A DNA stretch of 63,307 bases, filler included, from Octopus bimaculoides (GCF_001194135.2; 4 parts of 3 records of this genome joined end to end with filler, not necessarily neighbours in it), one strand, 5' to 3'; shown: positions 1 through 11,492, counted from the first letter of the whole stretch. A program made the numbers and translations. The notes: a model not told the origin generated them from the sequence alone.

Positions 1-50
<50 letters not shown>

Positions 51-282
51 TACAAGTACGGAAGGACAGTGGTTATAGAATGCCCTATCGACTCAATATT
101 ATCAGGTATTTTGCTCGCAGCTGTAGCGATTCAGTCAATCCATACAGGTTCATTATTTCCTACCATTAAGATTGTAATAGCAATTTTTAGCAGGAGACTT
201 CATCATCATCATCATCATCATCATCAATTGTTAAGTAATCTTGTCTCCAGTCCTAGGACTCATAGGGCCTAGTTAACCAGTT

Positions 283-470
283 TTCATGGCATATAAGTAA
301 CCGAGATCACAGCATTCCCCCGGGACCGGAAGCCAGTCGGTTGCACGGTTGCTCATTTACACATGAGAGGACTGGAGTGACATGAATTGAAGTGTTTTGT
401 AGAAGAACTCAACGCACCACAATCTTGCGATCATGAGTGTATCAAGCCTAAGCACCAAGTCACTTGACTT
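283..470 (-). mobile_element. Degenerate tRNA-derived SINE remnant (third, older family)
   Basis: Contains TGAATTGAAGTGTTTTGTAGAAGAACTCAACGCACCAC and CGATCATGAGT, resembling a reverse-complemented SINE head and body. Recognised by eye only. Confidence 0.35.
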
Positions 471-787
471 TACTGCAGGAGATTTAGAACAAGAGAATGG
501 AAAATCCTGGTATGATTGCAGGAAAAAACCCCAAGAAACACACGTTTTTGCTCAGCCTGTTTGGCACCCAGCTATTAAAGGTGGGAACCAAAATATTGCC
601 AGTTAAACATTTCAAAATCATTTACCATTGCTTCAAAGCTAAACCTCCCACATTCCTCGTTTCTTCAAGGGTAGCCATTTTACCTTGAAGTATTTCTTCA
701 GATAATTTGAAAACAAACAAAAAAAACAAAAAATGGTTTTGATGTAGTTGTGCGTGCTGATGTCGAAAATCACATTCGCTGTCGTTA

Positions 788-789
<2 letters not shown>

Positions 790-849
<60 letters not shown>
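790..849. repeat. (GCT)n microsatellite
   Basis: About 20 uninterrupted GCT units; source of the poly-Ala and poly-Ser ORFs in the track. Confidence 0.95.
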
Positions 850-1797
850 ACTACTCTTGCTGACCCTCTTTATATGTTTGTATACATATATATATTTTTT
901 TTTATCTGTAAATCTGTCCTTGCAAAGTGTTTCCCAATAATCTCCAAACACTGATAAGCTCGATATCAAAGTATAACATGTAAGTGCATTGTGTGTGACC
1001 CAGATCATCGTGATGTCATAGATGATGATGATGNNNNNNNNNNNNNNNNNNNNNNNNNNNNNNNNNNNNNNNNNNNNNNNNNNNNNNNNNNNNNNNNNNN
1101 NNNNNNNNNNNNNNNNNNNNNNNNNNNNNNNNNNNNNNNNNNNNNNNNNNNNNNNNNNNNNNNNNNNNNNNNNNNNNNNNNNNNNNNNNNNNNNNNNNNN
1201 NNNNNNNNNNNNNNNNNNNNNNNNNNNNNNNNNNNNNNNNNNNNNNNNNNNNNNNNNNNNNNNNNNNNNNNNNNNNNNNNNNNNNNNNNNNNNNNNNNNN
1301 NNNNNNNNNNNNNNNNNNNNNNNNNNNNNNNNNNNNNNNNNNNNNNNNNNNNNNNNNNNNNNNNNNNNNNNNNNNNNNNNNNNNNNNNNNNNNNNNNNNN
1401 NNNNNNNNNNNNNNNNNNNNNNNNNNNNNNNNNNNNNNNNNNNNNNNNNNNNNNNNNNNNNNNNNNNNNNNNNNNNNNNNNNNNNNNNNNNNNNNNNNNN
1501 NNNNNNNNNNNNNNNNNNNNNNNNNNNNNNNNNNNNNNNNNNNNNNNNNNNNNNNNNNNNNNNNNNNNNNNNNNNNNNNNNNNNNNNNNNNNNNNNNNNN
1601 NNNNNNNNNNNNNNNNNNNNNNNNNNNNNNNNNNNNNNNNNNNNNNNNNNNNNNNNNNNNNNNNNNNNNNNNNNNNNNNTTTTATATTTTATCGTCAGAC
1701 ATTTCAACACTTCAATGTCTCTAAGTTAAACAGTAACAAAAATAGTTTAAAACTGGATAAAGATTATGTGAGCCGTCTGTATGCCTGTCTGTCTGTT

Positions 1798-1833
<36 letters not shown>

Positions 1834-1971
1834 AGTCAGTCTCTCCTTCACTTTCTTTCTCTTTCTCTCTCTTTCTTTCTCTCTCTCTCTATTTGTGTGT
1901 ATTTGAGTGTGTGTGTGTGTGTATGTTTGTGTGAGTTGAGCGTGTGTGTGTGTGTTTGTGTGAGTTGAGCA

Positions 1972-2002
<31 letters not shown>

Positions 2003-2350
2003 TCTAAAATATATATAAAGATCCGTTTTCTTACATCCTCTCTCTTTGATGTCTCCTGAAAATTAATTGTTTACGTGACTTTCTGTAATAATATTCCAAT
2101 TCGGACATTACCGAGGTGTCTCCGCTTGATAACAGATAACCGTCGATTTATAAAATAACTGATTGTCTAGGCAACCAAACGAATATATTAATCAGCTACT
2201 GTTTTATTGCTAAAACTGTCAAATTTAACTCGACCTGGCAGCAAATAAGAGCGGGGTACGACTTACGCTGCAGTAAAACAACACCCGCCAAAAAATGTGG
2301 AGCGAGGTTATCACTTCTGGTGAACGCTTTCATCAAAGTTCTTAATAAAA

Positions 2351-2382
2351 CCTAACCCTAACCCTAACCCTAACCCTAACCC
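2351..2382. repeat. Interstitial telomere-type repeat (CCCTAA)5
   Basis: CCTAACCCTAACCCTAACCCTAACCCTAACCC read directly. Confidence 0.9.
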
Positions 2383-2753
2383 ACGGACAAAAATTGGGAA
2401 CAACAACGATGTTAACCTTTTCAAGTTTGTCATTCTTTTGAGCCGAGAGAAGGAAGTCGAAAGACATGGATCATTTATAAAATGACTGATTCACAGCTTT
2501 CACTTTATATTTATATTCATATGCTTTATATTTATATGCTAAAAATACAGATATATTGACGTGGAGCAGAAGTAGAGTCAGTTTCTTTTATTTATTTTCT
2601 TACCAAATTATTGATTATAAAATCAATTCTCACTTAACGCTGATGTTTAGAGCTGCACATGAATTAAACATGGAAATATCTGTACGTACATAAGTTGCTA
2701 CCGACCGACCTACGTACCTCCATACAGATATACGTACACACATACAAGCATAC

Positions 2754-2798
<45 letters not shown>

Positions 2799-3160
2799 NN
2801 NNNNNNNNNNNNNNNNNNNNNNNNNNNNNNNNNNNNNNNNNNNNNNNNNNNNNNNNNNNNNNNNNNNNNNNNNNNNNNNNNNNNNNNNNNNNNNNNNNNN
2901 NNNNNNNNNNNNNNNNNNNNNNNNNNNNNNNNNNNNNNNNNNNNNNNNNNNNNNNNNNNNNNNNNNNNNNNNNNNNNNNNNNNNNNNNNNNNNNNNNNNN
3001 NNNNNNNNNNNNNNNNNNNNNNNNNNNNNNNNNNNNNNNNNNNNNNNNNNNNNNNNNNNNNNNATATATATAGGGAGAATTCACAGAAAAACTAGACGAA
3101 GACAGGTGGTGTAGAAAACAAACATATATATTAGTATAACGCTCGGGAATTGAAAAAAGT

Positions 3161-3196
3161 CATTAACGTTTCGAGCCTACGCTCTTCCACAGAAAG
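3161..3196 (-). ncRNA. Minimal type-I hammerhead-like motif, variant core (F2 left arm)
   Basis: Minus strand reads CTTT-CTGTGGA-A-GAGC-GTAG-GCTC-GAAA-C-GTT-AATG. Core position 6 is U rather than A, and stem I is partly decayed. Confidence 0.55.
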
Positions 3197-3232
3197 GAAC
3201 ACAAAAAGAAACAAGGACTTTACTCTGTTTTC

Positions 3233-3269
3233 TGTTTCTGAAGAAGAGCTTTGCTCGAAACGTAAAACA
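3233..3269 (+). ncRNA. Minimal type-I hammerhead ribozyme, canonical core (F2 right arm)
   Basis: TGTTT-CTGAAGA-A-GAGC-TTT-GCTC-GAAA-C-GTA-AAACA. It has the CUGANGA and GAAA cores, a 4-bp stem II, a 5-bp stem I (TGTTT/AAACA), a GUA triplet and a loopless ACGU palindromic stem III. Confidence 0.8.
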
Positions 3270-3460
3270 ACCTTTCTTTCCTTCCTTGAGCGTCTGTTAA
3301 TACGTTGCATGTACCACGTCCTCGTGTTGTTGTTTTTTTTTTGTGTTTGTTCGTTTTGGTGGGGGGGATTTACTGCACACACACACACACACACATATAT
3401 ATATTATACATACATACGTACATACAAACACATACACACATACACGAACACACACATGCA

Positions 3461-3491
<31 letters not shown>

Positions 3492-3838
3492 TTACAGTTG
3501 GGTTTAATCACATTTTTTACTGATACAAGGGACGGAATTTGGCCAAATGAAATGTTTATAGCTAACAATTAAACGTAAAAAAATTGTTCTCCAAAACAAA
3601 ACCTTCCCATTAAAGGCCTCTCTCTATCTCCCCAGTTGCACGAAATGTGTTACAAATACTTGGGTATGAATGAAAATATATCAATGGCATTGTAAATAAA
3701 GATAGAGTAACCAAAGAATATTGCAGCGGATACAGCAGGCTTCAAAGATACAACAGTTAGAGTTTTCCTTTTACAATACACAATAAACCACAATGCATTT
3801 TCAGTACATAGACTATTATTAATATTTGGGATATTCAA

Positions 3839-4053
3839 AGCGGGATGCTGGCGGAATCGTTACCGCACCAGGCAAAGTGTTTAGCGGCTTTTCGTCCGTT
3901 TTTATATTCTGAGTTCAAATTTCGCCGCAGTCAGCTTTTCCTTTCATCTTTTCAGAGTCGATAAAAAGTAAGTACCAGTAGAGCCCTGGAGTCGATGTCA
4001 TTGACTTATGCCCCTTCTCCGAATTGCTGGCTTTGGGCCAAATTTCGAAACCG
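3839..4053 (+). mobile_element. SINE family B (tRNA-derived head; central CCTTTCATCCTTTCGGGGTCGATAAA-type domain)
   Basis: GCTGGCGGAATCGTTA...GAGTTCAAATT...CTTTCATCTTTTCAGAGTCGATAAAAAGTAAGTACCAG; homologous to about ten other copies in the window. Confidence 0.8.
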
Positions 4054-4084
4054 ATATTTGGGATAGTCGGTTTGTCTAGAAAGG

Positions 4085-4330
4085 AAATTCGTGGCTCCAT
4101 AGACATTGAAACATGTAAGATCCTGACATCAACAGCAAATTTCCACAGAAAGAGCAATAGCGACAGATTGTATCTCAAAAGAAAAATGGAAGGAAGAGGT
4201 TTAAGATTTGTACAAACAGTCTTCGAGTGTCGTAAAATAATCACTCAGAGGGCATCTGTTAAAGAACAGCATCAAAGATAAACTCATCAACCAAATATTC
4301 CGAAACGACGTGAAGAATATGGTGCATATT
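4085..4330 (+). mobile_element. R4/Dong-like non-LTR retrotransposon fragment (post-RT thumb region)
   Basis: SIDIETCKILTSTANFHRKSNSDRLYLKRKMEGRGL matches the D..TRK.LT...FH..SD.DRLY..R..GGRGL motif of RLE-type LINEs. Confidence 0.75.
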
Positions 4331-4384
4331 TATTTCCTGAGGATCTCCCACATGAAGCCAGAAGTGCCAGACTAGTATATATAT

Positions 4385-4450
4385 CAATTCTATATTTAAG
4401 AGATGAGGAATTATTTACATTATTTACATTATTTACATTTGACGGATATT
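4385..4450 (-). mobile_element. Family F1 3' tail fragment, inverted, abutting the Penelope ORF
   Basis: The reverse complement AATATCCGTCAAATGTAAATAATG...AATTCCTCATCTCTTAAATATAGAATTG matches the F1 tail at 62791-62856. Confidence 0.85.
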
Positions 4451-4452
4451 AA

Positions 4453-5079
4453 GACTATAAGTAGCGATCGTGATACCCACCACGAGGAAATGATCAAGCT
4501 CAGTAACAATCTATTAAGAAACAACTACCCCAAGAACATACTATCTACTCCAATTATGAAGAAAAGAGAGGATGAAACCAATAAACTGTCTACAGTCTGT
4601 CTACCCTATGTGAAAGGCCTCTCCGAAAAGATAAAAAAGATATGCGGCCCATATGACATCAGGGCAGTATTCAAGAGCAATACAACACTTCGCAAATATC
4701 TCCTTCGGGTAAAACCACCAACAGAAGAGAATATGACCAAAAACTGCGTGTACTCCATCCCATGCAGCTGTAGTAAGTTATACAAAGGCGAAACATGTCG
4801 CCCCCCCTCAAAATAAGGGTAGAAGAACATCGCAAAGCTGTGACACGAGGAGATATTGATAAATCGGGTATAGCTGATCATGTATGGAAAAATGGAAACC
4901 ACCTCCCCCTGTGGGATGAAGTTAAAATAATAGACAGGGAACAACACTGGAAAATACGAAAACTAAAAGAAGCAGTACATATGCCAGGACACAACAACCT
5001 CCTAAGCAGACCGAGTGCAGATATGAATAGCATATGGGAACCGGTATTGAGGAAGGATAGAAAAATAATAGATTTATAA
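4453..5079 (+). pseudogene. Penelope-like element ORF, C-terminal part (RT thumb/linker plus GIY-YIG endonuclease), one frameshift in the C-run near 4800
   Basis: LPYVKGLSEKIKKIC...VFKSNTTLRKYL, then NCVYSIPCSCSKLYKGETCRP/LKIRVEEHRK (GIY-YIG pattern vYxIpC..C...Y.GeT.R.L..R..EH), SGIADHVW and RKLKEAVHM. Confidence 0.9.
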
Positions 5080-5467
5080 GCCTTAAAATTCNNNNNNNNN
5101 NNNNNNNNNNNNNNNNNNNNNNNNNNNNNNNNNNNNNNNNNNNNNNNNNNNNNNNNNNNNNNNNNNNNNNNNNNNNNNNNNNNNNNNNNNNNNNNNNNNN
5201 NNNNNNNNNNNNNNNNNNNNNNNNNNNNNNNNNNNNNNNNNNNNNNNNNNNNNNNNNNNNNNNNNNNNNNNNNNNNNNNNNNNNNNNNNNNNNNNNNNNN
5301 NNNNNNNNNNNNNNNNNNNNNNNNNNNNNNNNNNNNNNNNNNNNNNNNNNNNNNNNNNNNNNNNNNNNNNNNNNNNNNNNNNNNNNNNNNNNNNNNNNNN
5401 NNNNNNNNNNNNNNNNNNNNNNNNNNNNNNNNNNNNNNNNNNNNNNNNNNNNNNNNNNNNNNNNNNA

Positions 5468-5845
5468 AGCTAATACCACCTGGTTTGAATATAATGGAAA
5501 GGGCAGGACATGCTCTCGTCCGTGAGAGGATCCATTACAACCGTTGGAAAAAACATCAACTAAATAACGAAATCAAAGAGAGGCTATCTTCATTACTTAG
5601 AAAAATAACTAGAGATGACGACAGAAAGAGAATCCAACAAGATCTAGGAAAATCGTACATGAAAGAATTTGAAACGGTGAAGACACGCCAGATTAAGAAG
5701 TTTATGAAACTCAAAGGTCGGAGAATGAAGACTGAAGTCCATCACCCACCTGTGAAAGCAGTGATTAATGTAAGCAGCCGACGTCTGGAAGACTCCGAAG
5801 AAGCCGTACTAAACAAAGGTCTCAACTTTGCGACAACCATCAAGT
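5468..5845 (+). pseudogene. Penelope-like element ORF, N-terminal part (second, tandem unit)
   Basis: KFMKLK...VINVSSRRLEDSEEAVLNKGLNFATT matches the conserved PLE N-terminal V.NLS...L...E..VL.KGLNF motif. It follows the endonuclease end across gap 5092-5466, the tandem layout typical of PLEs. Confidence 0.85.
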
Positions 5846-6058
5846 GCTACTAACCCCAAAGTTCGATTCACGGCAGCGACCTGATTAATAATAGTAATAA
5901 TAATAATATAATAATAGAAACATCGTTACTATTATTATGAGAACCCAGGTTCGAAATTTCCCCAAGACACCTGACGAAGGCTGGAGGGTATATCAGCCGA
6001 AACGTTGTGTTAACAACAAACAAGATGAGGACAAATATCCGTCAAATGTAAATAATGT
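5846..6058 (+). mobile_element. Family F1: tRNA-like head remnant + (AAT)n + hammerhead-bearing tail
   Basis: GCTACTAACCCCAAAGTTCGATTC (B-box-like), an AAT tract, then GAGAACCCAGGTTCGAAATTTCCCCAAGACACCTGACGAAGG...; collinear with 62597-62856. Confidence 0.8.
5966..6011 (+). ncRNA. Minimal type-I hammerhead ribozyme (F1)
   Basis: GACAC-CTGACGA-A-GGCTG-GAGGGTATAT-CAGCC-GAAA-C-GTT-GTGTT. Cores are intact, stem II is 5 bp, stem I is GACAC/GTGTT, the triplet is GUU and AACGTT is a palindrome. Confidence 0.8.
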
Positions 6059-9000
6059 AGTATATATATCATCTATCTGAATGTTTTGTTGCCTCTTTCT
6101 TGAATCACCGAACTGTCTGGATGTTTTGCGTTTTTGTCCCATTTCGTATTATATATATATATATATATACCTTTTTAAAGGGATGTGATAAACCTACTAT
6201 AATGGGTAATACTAAGTGTATTTTTTCTTTTGTGATGTAATCTTTGGACTAACAATGTTTGCGGCTGAAGATAGCTTTAACAAATCTTTTATATCAATAA
6301 TATACCCATGGTGATGTAATAACAGATTGTTTATAAAGCTTGAAACATGTGTACCGCGATATCCTTTGTGTTCTGTTTTCAAGTTATGTTTGATATATAT
6401 ATATATAAAAAAAACTACATACGTAGTACATATGTATTTACGTACATAAATATATGAACTTGTGTATACATTTATGTGTGTGTGTATATATGTAAACGCA
6501 TGTAAGTGTATACAAACAACTGGTTAAATGTTTCCCCGTGGAATTTAATATGACCTCAATTGTTATAAATACCGGACATGAAAGTATAACTTTGTTTTTC
6601 CGGCCCATAAGTACTATACATATGAAGGTGTGTGTGTGTGTGTGTGTGTGTGTGTCTGTCTGTCTGTCTGTCTGTGTATGTGTGTGTTTGTTTTTAGTGG
6701 CATGTTTGTATATCATTTAAATTAGACATGGAAGAAACCATCAGCTTCGAAGATGGCAACAGCTGGCCACTGGAGTCAACTGATGCAGATGGTAACATAC
6801 AAGAACGCTGTGCTTGAATGTAAAATGCAGGACAAACGTTTGGCGCAATGTTTTATGACTGGAACACGCACTGAAAGGTATGGGGATCGCCTCAGTCATT
6901 TTGACAATCTCCTGCATTTTCATACAAGCTCACGTCTCTTGACTTTGTCTTGCCACCAAGAAACATTGCATGAGAACGAGAGAGTGAGTGTGCAGAACAC
7001 ACGTCTCTTTCACTAAACCCTTGCGCTCGTCTAGCGAATATGTGTATATATGTGGCACATAGTTAACTAAGCCACAATGAAGTGCTAAATAGTTTTGTTG
7101 TGGTGGTTGTTGTATTTCTGCAAAGCAGTAACGATGAAACACTTTCCTACTTTTCAGCCACATGGAACATGCAAGATAGACGGGAGAAGTCACACATCCG
7201 CGTTTCCTACTTCGTGGCTAGTGTTCTCTGTTGAAGCGTAGCATCGTCAGTGAAGATCTTCAATTATTACTGTTGAGCGAAATCTCTTGCAGTCACAGAT
7301 GGTGGGTCTCCCATTGCAGCTGTGGGGGAGTGTTAAACATCTATAACAATGAAATATCAACACTTTTACAGCTTCAGGGGGTACAGAAGATGTAGCGTAA
7401 AAGGATCGAGTTTTCTTCATTCGCAAAATACGCTTTTTGTAGAAGATAGTGAAAACTCTGAAAATTGGGTTATAATAATATAGCCTTCCTGTCTCATTGC
7501 TTTGAAGGTTTGATGTGGAGGAAAAAAATCGGAGAGAAAAGTTACAGAGGTTTAAAAATCGAAAAAACACTGGGTATTTTTAGCCAATAGCGAGACAGAT
7601 ATTTTCTGTGTTTAGCGGAGCGGTGTCAACTGTGAAATGTAGCGTCTGACCTGTTCATTGTAGGTTTGTAAATAAATTGAAATACCTAATAAAAATCAAC
7701 ATGTATCACCTGGCTCATTCATTAATTGTATTTAAACAATTTTTTTAAAAATGTATTATATCAATATATTTGTCTGCATGTGTTTACTTAATGCGTATTT
7801 CAGTATTATATATACCTGTCATGTATTTATGTACCTCATTAATATATAAGTGTATGTGTGTATGTGTGTGTGTGCTAAAAGGGGGCGTCTGTCTCCAAAA
7901 CTCCAAAGTTGAGTAACGTTTTCATGCTTGGATTTGTAAACTACGATAAGAATAAATACAGAAAAAGCAGAGAAAAATACAACCACACAGAACGACAGGA
8001 AAATGCGTAATGTTCTAACACAGAAAAATTCAATCAAAACACGTGGGTGAAAAGAATCTCGTGGTGTGAAGAATCAATTGCAAAAATCAGCATCGAACAA
8101 CGTGCGTCACAGACAACAGTGAGACAGCAGTGAAGTGAACCACAACACAGCGTCCTGTTGTCATGGTAACAAGCTGTTAATGCCACGCTGTCTGTTGATT
8201 GGCTGAAATGACCCAAATTTCGCAAATTTAATTGCAAATAACATCAGATTCTTTAATTTACGAGATAAAGTAATTGGTTGATCGTAATCAAAATTCAGAG
8301 TTGTATCGATACACCAAAATTGAAAGCAATCTGAACAAAATTAAAGGGGGCTGATTCTGCGAATGAGAAGGACTGGAGTAGTTGTAATTATCTGGTCCCC
8401 TGCAGGAATGTGTACACTTTTGAGTTTTGATTTCATGGCTGAAGCCGTTGTCTTCATTGATCAGTAATGGCGGAACAAGCTTTAATATTTCGTCTTTACT
8501 TCTTAAACACTTAAATTTATTGGCTGTCACTAGAACATCAAACATGGCGACGAAATATATATCTCAGGTACTTAAATGCAGAACATGCAACTTTTATACA
8601 TAAAATATTACACACGCACACGCACGCACACACACACACTCACGCACACATTCACACACACACATATATATAAAAAAAGGTACGTGTAGTAGTTATGCAT
8701 TCTTTTTCAAGTTGTCATAAGAAAGCGAAGTATTTCTATTCAAGTCGGATGTTTTTATATTCATTCTTTTATCTCCGGTACATGTTGCATAAAAAGCGGC
8801 CATGCAGGAAACACCCAATTTGTACACACAAACAAACACACACACACACACACACACACACATGCATAGAGAAGGAGAGACAGAGATACAGGGGTGCATA
8901 TAATGTATATAGAAGAAAAGAGTATATATAAAAGTGTATATCTGNNNNNNNNNNNNNNNNNNNNNNNNNNNNNNNNNNNNNNNNNNNNNNNNNNNNNNNN

Positions 9001-10249
9001 NNNNNNNNNNNNNNNNNNNNNNNNNNNNNNNNNNNNNNNNNNNNNNNNNNNNNNNNNNNNNNNNNNNNNNNNNNNNNNNNNNNNNNNNNNNNNNNNNNNN
9101 NNNNNNNNNNNNNNNNNNNNNNNNNNNNNNNNNNNNNNNNNNNNNNNNNNNNNNNNNNNNNNNNNNNNNNNNNNNNNNNNNNNNNNNNNNNNNNNNNNNN
9201 NNNNNNNNNNNNNNNNNNNNNNNNNNNNNNNNNNNNNNNNNNNNNNNNNNNNNNNNNNNNNNNNNNNNNNNNNNNNNNNNNNNNNNNNNNNNNNNNNNNN
9301 NNNNNNNNNNNNNNNNNNNNNNNNNNNNNNNNNNNNNNNNNNNNNNNNNNNNNNNNNNNNNNNNNNNNNNNNNNNNNNNNNNNNNNNNNNNNNNNNNNNN
9401 NNNNNNNNNNNNNNNNNNNNNNNNNNNNNNNNNNNNNNNNNNNNNNNNNNNNNNNNNNNNNNNNNNNNNNNNNNNNNNNNNNNNNNNNNNNNNNNNNNNN
9501 NNNNNNNNNNNNNNNNNNNNNNNNNNNNNNNNNNNNNNNNNNNNNNNNNNNNNNNNNNNNNNNNNNNNNNNNNNNNNNNNNNNNNNNNNNNNNNNNNNNN
9601 NNNNNNNNNNNNNNNNNNNNNNNNNNNNNNNNNNNNNNNNNNNNNNNNNNNNNNNNNNNNNNNNNNNNNNNNNNNNNNNNNNNNNNNNNNNNNNNNNNNN
9701 NNNNNNNNNNNNNNNNNNNNNNNNNNNNNNNNNNNNNNNNNNNNNNNNNNNNNNNNNNNNNNNNNNNNNNTCTTCCGATCTTATATATATCGATATATCG
9801 ATATATATCAGTTTTTAAATATATCAATGAATCAGTCATTAAATTAAAACATTAAAAATCTATGAATACATAAATATATAATGGTTTAATATACATCAAT
9901 AAATTGATGAGTGAAATCATGTTACAAAAGTGTAGATGTATAAAAATATAGATGTATAAAAGTATAGGTGCATAAAAGTTTATTTAGAATTTCACCCATA
10001 TTAAAAGCGTTGTAGAACGGCGTTGTAAAAATTATTTAAGAACAGAATTTCACTGATCTATTGATATATGTATATTAAAATTTTATATATTTATGTATTC
10101 CTAGATTTTTTATATATTCTAATATTTTAATGACTGGTACATTGATATATTTAAAAACTGATATATATCGATCCATGATAGAATATATGTTTATTTAAAT
10201 TGTTGATCTTATCAGAGATTCAAGTACTCGTTGTCTTATTTCTGTAGTT

Positions 10250-10775
10250 TCTCTCATGGTTGATCCTTCCTATGTTCGATGAGTAAGTTCTGCTGTAAAA
10301 TCTGCAAGCAAGGAGGATGCAGTGCTGCCGTGTGGTGTCTTTCTTTCTTGGGCGTTTTGCTTCGAGTGCCGGAATATTTTCTTCCTCGTGTTGTTTGGCT
10401 CCTTTGTTGACTCCTGAGGCTTTTCATGCTGTTCTGTCTTAAGCTAACTTTTCCCAAGTCTTTGCATCGATGTGGCACTTGGTCTGGCTGCTATTTTACA
10501 TGTGACCTTCAATTTCAGCTTTGGTCGCCCTCTGGGTCTGCTACCCTGAGAACCAACTCGCCATAGGAATTCTGCTAACATCCATCCACTTCGCAGGTCC
10601 AAGCCATCTTACTCTCCTTTCGCACAGAATAGTTGTTATGCTCGGAAGCACTGGCCTGTTTCAAGACTTGTGTATCGGTCACTTTGTCTTGCCAGGTGAT
10701 ACCAAGGCTCTTGTGCATGCATCTGAGATGAAACCCGTTGAGTCTCTTCTCTTGTCCTGTGTGTAATGTCCCCTA
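10250..10775 (-). mobile_element. RTE-clade LINE 3' end, frameshifted
   Basis: Minus-strand frames give EKRLNGFHLRCMHKSLGITWQDKVTDTQVL, ITTILCERRVRWLG, GRPKL and IDAKTWEKLA*DRTAWK. Confidence 0.85.
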
Positions 10776-11117
10776 CATGTGGCATTTATAGACCTAACTA
10801 AGGCGTTTGATACATTCAGTAGATCAGGATTGTACATGGTTCTTCACAAGAATGGATGCCCACTAAGAGAGAGGGAAAGAGAGACAAAGAAATTTAGGGA
10901 GAGTTGATGATGTTTTATTAAAAGTAGTAGTGCTGATGGTGGCAGTGGGAGTAATAATAAAAGAGAGGGAAAGAGTGGGTATGTGAGAGAAAGAGTGGGT
11001 ATGTGAGAGAAAGAGGGAGATGATGTACAACTTTGTTTAACCATGTCACTTTGACAGAAATTCCTGTCGCCAACATACTGAACACTATCACTTTTGTTTT
11101 ATTTGTTGCTTTCTTTA

Positions 11118-11196
<79 letters not shown>

Positions 11197-11292
11197 AAAT
11201 ACACTTCAATTGAAATAAAGTTTCCCCAAAATTAAGCATATCTAATATAATAAATGTGAATGTCAGTGTGTCACACTTTTTCAACTTTAATA

Positions 11293-11492
11293 AATCCTTT
11301 CTACTGAAAGCACAAGGCCTCAAATTTTGGGGAAGGGATTAAATCGATTACATCGACCCCAGTACGTAACTGGTACTAATTTTATCGACCCCGAAAGGAT
11401 GAAAAGCAAAGTCGACCTCGGCAGAATTCGAACTCAAAACCTATCGGCAGACGAAATACCGGCGTGCTAACGATTCTGCCAGCACGCCGCCT
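11293..11492 (-). mobile_element. SINE family B with a long flanking direct repeat
   Basis: ATCGACCCCAGTACGTAACTGGTAC...CGACCCCGAAAGGATGAAAAGCAAAGTCGACCTCGG...CGATTCTGCCAGCACGCCGCC; the flanks 11243-11289 and 11498-11552 are duplicated. Confidence 0.9.

Larger units (their letters stand above)
3072..3360. mobile_element. Family F2: palindromic short element of two diverged inverted units, each with a hammerhead motif
   Basis: The left arm (ACGAAGACAGGTGGT...TATTAG..AACGCTC..GAA...ACGTTTCGAGC) aligns with the reverse complement of the right arm (ACGAGGACGTGGT...TATTAACAGACGCTC..GAA...ACGTTTCGAGC). Other copies lie at 19846-19935 and 33035-33215. Confidence 0.75.

Noticed and set aside
7240-7292. 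GTCAGTGAAGA...GCGAAA resembling the F3 hammerhead
   Set aside because: G3 is paired with G8 (non-compensatory), stem II is weak, and there is no stem I or palindromic stem III.
7277-7336. Cadherin-like peptide SLAVTDGGSP on the + strand
   Set aside because: The frame is closed by stops at 7274 and about 7334, and no convincing donor retains the motif. It is probably chance within an unclassified repeat, although RNA-seq could overturn this.
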